Shown piece after piece: positions 55,301 through 64,000 of a stretch of DNA of 64,000 nt. Within the stretch, counting starts at the first letter, position 1. Each line of letters starts with the position of its first letter. The stretch lies in assembly GCF_964204645.1 (NCBI RefSeq), contig NC_134027.1, positions 13,982,485 to 14,046,484 of the forward strand, given 5' to 3'. Under the pieces are notes generated by a model that saw only the letters and a list, made by a program, of their open reading frames with translations, was not told the origin of the DNA and searched no databases. The stretch is from Tubulanus polymorphus (Eukaryota > Animalia > Nemertea). Position numbers and translations under genes: made by a program.

Positions 55301-58300
55301 AACAATTGCGGCCTCTAGGCTGTTAACGTCACTTTTCATGTCGGCCCCCTGGTGGCCATAATTTAAATCGAATCGACCCAATTTTAAATGGGGTTCTGGC
55401 CCAAGTGATATCCTACTTATGTACCAACAATCGGAAAACAATCGGTCAACAATTACGGCCTCTAGACTGTTAACGTCACTTGCGGCGGCGGCGTATACAG
55501 ACAGGGGTAAATCTATATGCCCCCTCTCAACTTAAGTTGAGCCGGGGGCATAATAAATATTTTCATCACCAAAATATGGTATATGGCTGAAGGGTTAACA
55601 TGGGTGTAGGTCAGCCTTGCAAAGCAATGCGATTGATGAAAGTGGGGGTGTAAATTGGTAGCAATGCAATTGTCAATGACGCTGGGCGACTAGTTTCTGC
55701 CTAGAGCTCGTAGGTCGAAGCGACGCGATCTGCAATTCTGGTTGTCACGTGATAACTAACTATACATGGTATCAAAAAACATAAAGATACAAAGTTTCTT
55801 ATTGTGTTGCAGTAAGTCGCAAGGCCAATCTACACTCCCCTTTCTGTTAGCAAGCTGAATCACAATATAGTGGTATCACATTAGATTCGAATCTTGTCAA
55901 TACAATACATGTTTCAAATCCCATCATTTTGAATAGTATGGCACCCTTGTGTAGAAAACCTGTTATCATTGCTTTACAGCTGTATGTTTCTATTTTCTTT
56001 ATTAAATGATAAGTCCAAATAACTAGGGGTCCAGGGACACCATGCCCACTTGGGATGTGGTTTCAGATGCTCAACAATCTAACCATTTCAATAGTCCTTG
56101 AAAAAATCCAATGACCTTGAAACTCACCACAATCATAGACCATGTCATGAGCTACAACTTTCCAATTGATTGTGGTAACAAAATATACATAGGTACGAAT
56201 ATAATATAGAAATACTCAGTTATTGTATTGTTCAATGCGCCATGGTGGCCATATACAAAAACCAATGACCTTGAAACTCACCACCATCATAGCCCAGGAC
56301 AGCCATCTTGAGTCCGATCGACCCAATTTTTCTCAAGCTGATGAACCCTTAGGGGAAACAAATATATACGAACGATCAAGGTAATTGATAAAAGCGTCTT
56401 CAAATTTCCGTCGAAAACTTCGAAAATGTGCTGATTTTGGCAAACAACAATGGCAGCCAGTCGGCCATCGTGAATCTGACAGGGCCAGTTTTTGGGCTAA
56501 AGATGTGTCTAGGGTAGATACATGTATAAACCAATAACAAGACATTACCTTGAAGCGTCTTCAAAACTTCCCAAATAACTGGATTCCGTCTACGGATGGA
56601 CGGACGAAAAGTGAACGCAATAGCCTGCTAGTCCCAAGTGGGCTAAAAGTCCCTACCATAATAATAACTAATTTCGTTTCTTTCAGTTTGTCTTAACCCT
56701 TAACCTGCCGGCAGCTTTAATGCTAAGTGGGGTAATTTTTGGGGGTCCAGCCAAAGACCCCATAGAAAGTCAGAATACTCACCATTTCGTGTTACATTGT
56801 CGATATTCATAAATCAGAGATCATAATCGGACGTCAAAAAAATATCGGAAATAAAATTACGAGTTTTTGAGGAATGAATTAGTATTATCAACCAGCGCGT
56901 CAGCCACCGGAAGCGAGCGCCGAAGATGTGAAGCTAGTTAAGGGGGTTCTGGGTCTCGCACAGAACCTCCCACAGAAAATTTTGTAAATTTGGAGTGCTC
57001 TAGACGCACTCTGGGCCTTAGAACTACCCAAAATCAACGATAAAATCACTTAAAACGGACTGCCGTTTCCATTGCTTACTACCATTTACAGAGCTGCCAG
57101 TTGGTTGCACCATCTATGACACATGTTTTTTCTGTTGGTTTTGGGTCCCAAAAATCCACGTTGTTCTCATTTCACTGCATTCAGTAGAACTCAGATATAG
57201 ACAGTGTATCAATTTTCCGTGGATCACGTTGTTTTAGAATGCTATGTTGTACTATTTATAGCCGCAGTAGGCTATTGTGCAGTATACCGGAGATTGACAA
57301 AACAATTCTCCAAGACGCTTTTACGGTCTGATTGAGTTGTCGATGTCCATGACAAGGCCGACTCATAACCTACCCCCTCTCCCAATAATCTCAACGGATT
57401 TACACAGATCTCAGAACCTGATCAGATAAAGAAAAAAATATTGGATTTCCGATAAAAATCGGAGGATTATGACCCCTGATAAACAAAGACACTGTAGGTT
57501 ACTATATCCATCGTAAAAACCTTTATTATGCTTCTTAGTACAGTCTAAATGTTTGAATCTTCATCAAAATATCAGAATGTGAAATTACTTCCGGGTTTGG
57601 ATTCTTGAGTATTGGCAGTTGGCTTGCGTTAAGAACTACCACTCAATGCACAGCGAGGTGCTTGTAACATAAAAACAAACTTGAAAATGCAAGGTCGGAC
57701 TGTCGACTACAGTCAGTTCCCAGTGTGTTGACTACAGTCGCCTACGGCAAGTTAAGGGTTAACCTTCTATTAGTCCTAAAAAAGGCAGTGACAATATCAA
57801 TTCCTATGTTGTTAGTTGATTTACACCAGTAGGCCTACCTGTATGTAATGTACCCTTATCGTATTGATCGAAATTTGGGTGGTTAAGAATGTCAATGAAC
57901 ATTGTTGGAGTACCATAAAATGAAGTGCACCTACAAAAACAAATATAAACTCAGAACATTGACAGCTACATGCACTGATCAGCAAACATTGCAGTAAGAA
58001 ATAGATTACTTTTCCCATTGAATAGCTTGGAGACAAGCTTCGGCATCAAATCCAGGAGAGGGTAAAATAACAGCGGAACCATGAGTTAGGGCACACAAAC
58101 TGCCCAATACCATACCAAAACAATGGTACAATGGTACTGGCATGCATATCCTAGAATGCTATGGAAATAAGTAAATACAAATTGAATCAATTAATTAGAC
58201 ACATTGATTATCGACATGGTTACCCCTTAATTTGAAAAAAACTTACATGTTTGTGATATTCGTTTCTCAGACCAACAAAATAAGAGTTATTTACAACATT

Positions 58301-61300
58301 GTGGTGGGACAAAGTTGCTGCCTTTGGGGAGCCAGTTGTACCCTGCAAAACAAACGGGTCCACTTATAACAATAATATAACCAAACATTCTACTTCTGAA
58401 TTAAATCTTCCAGTCAGATTTAGAAAAAATCGGCCTGCTATTCACAAATAAATACCAAAATCAATGACCTTGTGATCATTCAATTATTAATACATTCACT
58501 TATTTTGATAATAAATAGTTACTGATGTATATTGTATATTTATTGGGTCATCAAATTGTAAGTGATCTTGCATTTCCAGAACTTGTTTGAATTTATCATT
58601 TCCAGCGCATTTCATCAATTCATTAAAAGACATTGTTCCTCTGTAATATAAAACAAACTTTAAATGGTATTGTGTCTCTAGAATATAAAAGGTAAATAAG
58701 AAAGGTGATAAGGTACTCTGGTGAATATTCTCTGCCAAAAAATCGGTGAATCAATTCCTGGGGAGACAGTAAATCCGACCCAATTACAAATTAATTTGTA
58801 AGGCTCACTGGCTCGAATTCGATGAAAAATGAAAATGTATTATGTTTACATTATTGGTGACCATTAATCAATTGACGCATAAACATCAGGGTTAAATATT
58901 ATGGATAAAGTGTTATATATTTGAATTGTAACTTTGTCTTATCATTAACTGTAAATTGTAAAAAAATACTCGATTTAGGCCTATACCGGTAGCTTATAAT
59001 GTTTCTTTCATCATATTTGTTTATTTAGCCAATCAGCCTGCATAAAATAATACTAAGCCAACCTGCAGAGTGGTGGAGGCTTCCCATAACAGACTTCACA
59101 AAGCTTCTTGTGAGGAAAGAGCCGCCCCAATATTTTTCCAATTTTGTTTACTTTTATTGGGGACCATAGGCCATTTTGCATAAAACTAGGGTTCAAGGGA
59201 CACCACGTCAACTTGGTGAAATGCTTGACAATCTGTGAAACTCAATATTCAATGCCTCCTAATGAACAAATAGAATAATCAATGACCTTCAAGAAGGTTA
59301 GAGATTTTATAACTGCATTTTATTACTGATTGGCCTTGGGGATAGAAATTTATATGAAAGATCAAGACGATCCATTGAAGCATCTTTAAAATTTCCCTTG
59401 AAAACTTCAACTAGGTGTCCAGGGTCAACATGCCCAGAAGAGTAGTGATTTGAAACAGGAATGTCCTTTACAGAAATGTTTATATACATTGATACCTGTG
59501 TTATAAGGAGTTATACGCGTCAAGATAGATGTGCATAACGTACTCAGTATTGGCAACCTGTCCACCTACACATTTTTTGGCGACATGTAATAATCCATTG
59601 ATTCCAGGGTTTTTGCTGAGGTGTCTCAAAAAGAGTCATTTCCAAGCTTTTCTTTTCTGTTAGAAAACTTTGAGATATTGACATTTAAAACAATACTAAG
59701 TTCCTACTATACAGAAATTTATTTCAAAATTTGAGTTCATTCTGTTTTATAGAAGATAGATGGTTTTTAGCCTCCATAATTAATGCATATCCTGCACATT
59801 GTTATATGGCGCTTACAACAAACATCTATATCTGTTCATTTCATTACGACTCACTCCTAACATTTCGACCATTTTTCATCGGCATCTCGATTGACATATA
59901 TTGGTATGTCGTTGACATATATTGCTGATCTGTTCATGTTACCTATATCAAATTTGTAAATCAAGATCACTGGGATGCGGGTGAGCTTCAGCGAGAAGAG
60001 AAACGACAAAAAAGTATCACCTAACACTCAGTTGATAAAAGGTTTGGTAAAAGTGGTATGCCTGTGCCGGTTGAATGATAAAAATATTTTGTATTTTCTA
60101 TGCACACCAGTACTAAAATACACTGGTACAGTTGTCAAGTGTGAAAAAAAAAATTTGAAAATTTATGGGCGTAATATTCAAATTCAAATCTATTTCATTA
60201 CACCTTCATATTAACTAAGCATATCAATAGTTGATACAGTAATCAAGTTCAGGACAGAACAATGAGATAGTATAGCTGCAAAGCAGTGATAACAGGTTTC
60301 TGCCTTGCTGCCTTGCTAGGTTAAATGTCGTAGCTTGCAAATAATTTCATTGAAATCAGTTCATTACATACCACTTTTTTGAAGGAGCGCCACCGGGGGG
60401 TCAGCACATGCACATATCATTGACCCACATGACTACTAAGTGCAAAGTACTTGTACCAAGTTTAGGGAATATAAATTACTGTTATCAAGACAATCAATTG
60501 AAAAGTCTTCAAAACTTCCCAAAATAACTGCTTTCCATCTAAGGACTTACAGACAGGCAGACAGACACTGACACAGGCAGACAGATTTTACAACAGATAG
60601 ATGGGTAGTAATCTCAATGGGGTACCCGCGCTGTTACTGTAGCAATTGTCGTTAATTTTGTATGCATTCCATTTTGTAAGCCTGTGCATTCGTTCAGTAT
60701 TGGCTTTTGTGTGAATTTTGTAGTAAATGTTACTGTTACTGTTACTGATCTCAGTAATAACCATATAGTGGTGACCATATAGAATAAATATTGTCCTTAA
60801 AACTCATCACAATCATAGACAAAGTCATGAGCTACAACTTTGCAATTGCAACAAATTATGCATTGGTACAAATATAATATAGAAATACAAAGATATTGTA
60901 TCATTCAATGCCCCCTACTGGCCATATAAAAAAACCAATGACCTTGAAACTCACCACAATTATAGAACACGTTATAAGCTACAACTTTCTAATTCATTGT
61001 GGTAACAAAATATGCTTAGGTATCAATATAATGTTGAAAAACTTTTTCCCACCTACGAATGAGTACTGATGACACCAAGATGGCCGCCGATTGCGTGATA
61101 ATTGGCTGATCAATAAATATCTGTCGCAGGTATAAAACATCCCTTTCCAAAGGATACCTATGAGCAATTGCAATGAGAAATGGGAAACCAGTAGGAAGCT
61201 ACAGGACTCAGAATTCGGGCCAAATTGATATTTTTGGGCACTAATAAGGTCATAGGACGGCCATCTTGAGTCCAATCGACCCAATTTTTGTTATGCTGAT

Positions 61301-62194
61301 GGCCCCTGGGGAGATTCAAATAAATACGAAAGATCAAGGTAATTTCCCTCCTAAAGTTCAAAAACGTGTTTAAAGTGCTGATTTTGGAGAACAACAATGG
61401 CTGCCAGTCGGCCATCTTGATTCTGACAGGGCCAGTTTTTGGGCTGAAGATGTGTCTAAGATGTGTGTATCCCAAATATCAAGACATTACATTGAAGCGT
61501 CTTCAAAACTTCCCAATATAACTGGATTCCGTCTATGGACGGACGGATGAACGCTACGACAAACGTCCGGACGACGGACGAAAAGTGAACGCAATAGCCC
61601 GCTGGGACTTAAGTCCCAAGTGGGCTAAAAACGATTTAACAAAATCATAAAACAAAGAAAACGACAACCGATATAGCCAATATACGAAAGGAACCTAGAT
61701 TTTATTACTGCATTAAATGTGTGTAAATATCAGAGCCCAAGAAAGGTTCTAACAAAAGTTATCGTTTCCCCAAGCAAGTTATCAATCTGTGTGATAGCAA
61801 TATGGGCAAGAAAACGATCATTAAAAACTTGAAGCGAGAGATCTTTATTGTCAATATCCCGAATATCTCGAATTTGTAGATATCCCGTATTTGTAGATAT
61901 CCCGTATTGAAGTGTCTTCAAAATAGCCCAAAATAGCTGGAATACAGACAAAAGACTGACAAAAAGTGAATGCACTAGCCTACTGGGACTTGAGTCCCAA
62001 GTGGGAATAAGTGGGCAAAAAACTTACGGACATTTTTTTTCACTCATCATTATTACAGATTTTAAACTAGGAATTCTTTTACTTTGAAGAGCGCCGGGTA
62101 GTGATGTAGATAATTCTGGACTCAATTCTTCTAACATTTTGTAGTAATCTGTGCCTTTAAAATTAACTGCTGATAAAACTGCTTTACATCCTAC
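32654..62194 (-). CDS. ACSF2: Medium-chain acyl-CoA ligase ACSF2-like (AMP-binding enzyme), spliced, 5'-incomplete
   Basis: 11 GT-AG exons with consistent phases: 62194-62028, 58640-58523, 58342-58247, 58158-58010, 57930-57839, 52177-52101, 46737-46630, 44322-44177, 43210-43069, 32976-32866, 32785-32654. The joined protein has [23 protein letters not shown] (AMP-binding P-loop), [54 protein letters not shown] and [11 protein letters not shown]. No N-terminal exons were found in the window. Confidence 0.93.
32866..32976 (-). CDS. ACSF2: ACSF2-like exon ([17 protein letters not shown]...)
   Basis: cag/gtatt boundaries; AMP-binding C-terminal domain. Confidence 0.93.
34723..35427. repeat. Complex (CA)n/CACG/CGAA microsatellite
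   Basis: About 700 bp composed only of acac, acgc and acga modules. Confidence 0.97.
37085..38482 (+). mobile_element. HINE family A copy with a nested different HINE-like element (about 37521-38092)
   Basis: ~155-bp units and a 3' hairpin at about 38450-38480. The nested element starts acaagaggaccataaggtcc. Confidence 0.65.
39785..39828 (+). ncRNA. Minimal type-I hammerhead ribozyme motif (Penelope-associated)
   Basis: tattt-CTGAAGA-t-gactat-taggac-atagac-GAAAC-GTT-gaata; stem I and stem II pair, and stem III is the palindromic ACGT. Confidence 0.5.
39942..40556 (+). pseudogene. Truncated spliced ORF inside the P-like element (acidic N-terminus, unknown function)
   Basis: Exons 39942-40080 ([24 protein letters not shown]...), 40172-40232 and 40379 onward; canonical splice sites and an open frame across both introns. 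Confidence 0.55.
40530..40773 (-). pseudogene. Truncated ORF with a CxxC...YPxxICxxC zinc finger (RAG1 N-terminal/Chapa/ZAD-like) inside the P-like element
   Basis: [10 protein letters not shown]...[24 protein letters not shown][frameshift]NMCRVKL, preceded by the acceptor cttttcttgtttttag. Confidence 0.6.
43069..43210 (-). CDS. ACSF2: ACSF2-like exon (DLAVL...[20 protein letters not shown])
   Basis: cag/gtaaa boundaries; hinge motif. Confidence 0.93.
44177..44322 (-). CDS. ACSF2: ACSF2-like exon (AKIVDD...GELCTRG...GWLHSG)
   Basis: cag/gtaaa boundaries. Confidence 0.93.
46630..46737 (-). CDS. ACSF2: ACSF2-like exon ([13 protein letters not shown]...)
   Basis: cag/gtgac boundaries; YGxTE motif. 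Confidence 0.93.
46830..48050 (-). mobile_element. Degraded Penelope-like retroelement (RT + GIY-YIG endonuclease)
   Basis: Minus-strand remnants SFDA*SLFSNEP (about 47900), [13 protein letters not shown] (about 47700), RYVDDI (about 47605) and [20 protein letters not shown] (about 47115-47055); many stops and frameshifts. Confidence 0.85.
49458..51706 (+). mobile_element. piggyBac DNA transposon (defective)
   Basis: TTAA TSDs (49454-49457, 51707-51710); TIR CCCTTTGAACC / GGTTCAAAGGG. Confidence 0.93.
49781..51540 (+). pseudogene. piggyBac (PGBD4-like, DDE_Tnp_1_7) transposase, frameshifted near the C-terminus
   Basis: [32 protein letters not shown]. Frameshift in the T7 run (51269-51275) and a second shift near 51361, then [19 protein letters not shown]. 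No C-terminal Cys-rich domain is seen. Confidence 0.9.
52101..52177 (-). CDS. ACSF2: ACSF2-like exon ([12 protein letters not shown]...)
   Basis: cag/gtaaa boundaries; phase consistent. Confidence 0.92.
52857..52898 (+). ncRNA. Minimal type-I hammerhead ribozyme motif in a Penelope-like terminal fragment
   Basis: CTGACGA-t-GATCTC-tagggt-GAGATC-GAAAC-GTC; perfect 6-bp stem II, weak stem I; followed by aataaa. Confidence 0.55.
52970..53633 (+). mobile_element. L2/CR1-group LINE 3' fragment
   Basis: [51 protein letters not shown], then aataaa and a (TTA)n tail. Confidence 0.9.
53733..55553 (+). mobile_element. HINE family C element with a ~145-bp central tandem array (about 54724-55480)
   Basis: 5' actagaatgaggcaaagcctca hairpin; units acaatcggtcaacaatt at 54724, 54868, 55002, 55146, 55291 and 55438; 3' hairpin tgccccctctcaacttaagttgagccgggggca; A-rich flanks. 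Confidence 0.8.
56021..56645 (+). mobile_element. Complete short HINE family A copy
   Basis: 5' actaggggtccagggacaccatgcccacttggg; subterminal inverted repeat cccacttggg/cccaagtggg; GGAC microsatellite near the 3' end. Confidence 0.75.
56697..57758. mobile_element. Non-autonomous piggyBac-like MITE
   Basis: TTAA flanks (56693-56696, 57759-57762); 14-bp TIR cccttaacctgccg / cggcaagttaaggg (1 mismatch). Confidence 0.85.
57839..57930 (-). CDS. ACSF2: ACSF2-like exon ([15 protein letters not shown]...)
   Basis: tag/gtagg boundaries; YGTPTMF motif. Confidence 0.92.
58010..58158 (-). CDS. ACSF2: ACSF2-like exon ([16 protein letters not shown]...)
   Basis: tag/gtaat boundaries; PLYHCFG motif. Confidence 0.93.
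58247..58342 (-). CDS. ACSF2: ACSF2-like exon ([19 protein letters not shown]...)
   Basis: cag/gtaag boundaries; P-loop motif. Confidence 0.93.
58523..58640 (-). CDS. ACSF2: ACSF2-like exon (...[13 protein letters not shown])
   Basis: cag/gtaac boundaries; start of the AMP-binding signature. Confidence 0.92.
60770..61628 (+). mobile_element. HINE family A copy
   Basis: ~155-bp units, GGAC microsatellite and 3' hairpin gcccgctgggacttaagtcccaagtgggct. Confidence 0.7.
62028..62194 (-). CDS. ACSF2: ACSF2-like exon ([28 protein letters not shown]...)
   Basis: tag acceptor, gtaag donor, open frame, phase 2 joins the next exon. Confidence 0.85.
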
Positions 62195-63078
62195 CTATAA
62201 TTAAATATACGGTAACATTTCAGACTCGAAGTCCAATGATCTTGATAACTCGAGCATATTGTCAGAAATTTCATTGAGTTCAAGACTGACAAAGAAATCA
62301 TTTAACAAATAAAGGTTGTTTATCATCAAGCAAAGACAAATTAATTTGTCAATTTGTAATTTGTTGTTAATTCAGCACGAAGTTGAATTTGAATGGAGAA
62401 TCAATTGCCTGAATAATTTTGGCTCCAAATTTAACTAGTATGCCTTTCATTTCATAATGCTGAATTTTCATTTGCCTGATTTATTTGCTGAGATACCGTG
62501 AATCTGTATTGGATTGAATTCAAATGATGGGACAAAACTTACTTTTTGCAAGTAATTAAAATGAAAATTGAGATGGAAATATCGAGAAATTTCTATTAAA
62601 AGTCAACTTTTTTTCAACATGATGTTTTTGGCAAATTTTAAGAGGAGGATCCTCTGCTGCAAGTTATATAAAAAGGCCCAACATTTGCTTCTTTGAATCA
62701 AGAAATTTGTGTGAAAATCTGTCAATTGACACGATCTCCATGAAGCGCTATACATGTAGTGACCACACACACTGCATGATGTTTCATCATACCTGGTAGT
62801 GGGTTTCCCCAATGACTCAAGTAGACCAGTATTGAAAAGAAATCAATACAATTTATACACTGTGCATTGAACATCTTCAAGCTGTTACCAAAATTTCCAT
62901 CATTACAAAATGAGGGGTCCAGGGACACCGTACTCACTTGGAAGGTGGTTTCAAATGCTCAACAATCCAGGTAACATTTCCTTAACAGGGCTAGTTTTTG
63001 GGCTGATGATGTGTCTAGATACGTGTAGATACGTGTGCACCCCAAATATAAAAAGATTACATTGAAGCATCTATAAAA

Positions 63079-63409
63079 CAGAGTTGCCACTTATGTGAGG
63101 CTAAAATCTGGAAAATAAGTCCGGCGGTCTGGGCCCCCCCCCAGAAAATTTTTTGAAATTAGAACGCCAAGAGATGCGTTCTGGCGCAATACGCGTTATA
63201 AGCCTCACTTTCATTACCGGAAGTATGTATCAATTTTCACGTCTGTCAATTACAGTCAAATGAAAATCTGATTCGAATCCCGATTTGATTTTATTTTTTT
63301 TGCGACGTTTTCTTTTGTGGTTATTTGACTTCTCCCGAAAATCCGGAAATGAAATTGGATTTTTTTTAAATCCGGAATTCTGGAGAAATCCGGAGAAGTG
63401 GCAACTCTG
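63079..63409. mobile_element. hAT-like MITE nested in a short HINE-A copy (about 62912-63532)
   Basis: 14-bp TIR CAGAGTTGCCACTT / AAGTGGCAACTCTG; TSD degenerate. Confidence 0.7.
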
Positions 63410-64000
63410 TTAAAACTTCCCAAAATAACTGGATTCCGACTACGGATGAACGGACGAATGAAGAACGAACAGACAAAAGGACGGACGAAAAGGGATTGCA
63501 GCCCGCTGGGACTTAAGTCCCAAGTGGACTAAAAACAATCATAAATCTACAGATTTGCAACATTTTTAAAATTCAATTTTCAAGACTAAAGGGCTGAATT
63601 CAAGGCCTGCTACAAACCAGGAGTTATTGACGAGGTCACTAGTGGCACTAGGCCTAACTATATCATTTGTAACTTGAAAGTGTCATCCAATGACCGGTTT
63701 TTAATAGTTTCATGGCATACTGGGTATGATATTTTTCACTGTATAAGCCATAGGCCTATCCAATGATATAACAAGAGGCCCACGAGCCTTATACCTTCAT
63801 GATGCAGTAGAAGTAGCATGATACAGTATTCAAAAAAGAAAAGATTTTAAAGAAAGATTTACATTGTAAGTTTTAAACTAGAATCATGCCTTGCGGCCTT
63901 AAGTACTCTCCCCAACTTAGTAAGAATTAAGTTGAACAAAGATTAACCTGTCATAACTTTCACATCAAGTTTCATGGATATCCATCAGATATTCAAGGCT

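Overview
Repeat-dense, AT-rich animal (invertebrate-like) genomic DNA, not prokaryotic. The only host gene found is a spliced medium-chain acyl-CoA ligase (ACSF2-like) on the minus strand: 11 coding exons from 62194 to the stop at 32654, with the 5' exons probably beyond the window. The rest is mostly mobile DNA. (1) An ISL2EU (PIF/Harbinger-group) transposon at 6928-11878 with an AT TSD, an intact spliced THAP-DDE transposase and a convergent SAP-SWIM-YqaJ gene truncated in the nuclease domain. (2) About 20 kb made of three head-to-tail copies of a Helentron-like (HINE) composite unit carrying a 31-bp palindromic satellite with higher-order repeats. (3) A decayed Polinton/Maverick (pPolB, integrase, HNH nuclease). 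(4) A Copia LTR/PBS/gag fragment just downstream of the ACSF2 stop. (5) A P-like TIR element with a 7-bp TSD that retains the N-termini of two convergent spliced genes, one starting with a RAG1-N-terminal/ZAD-like zinc finger. (6) piggyBac, Penelope (with minimal hammerhead ribozyme motifs), L2, MITE and many HINE copies. All coordinates were read by eye and no database searches were run.
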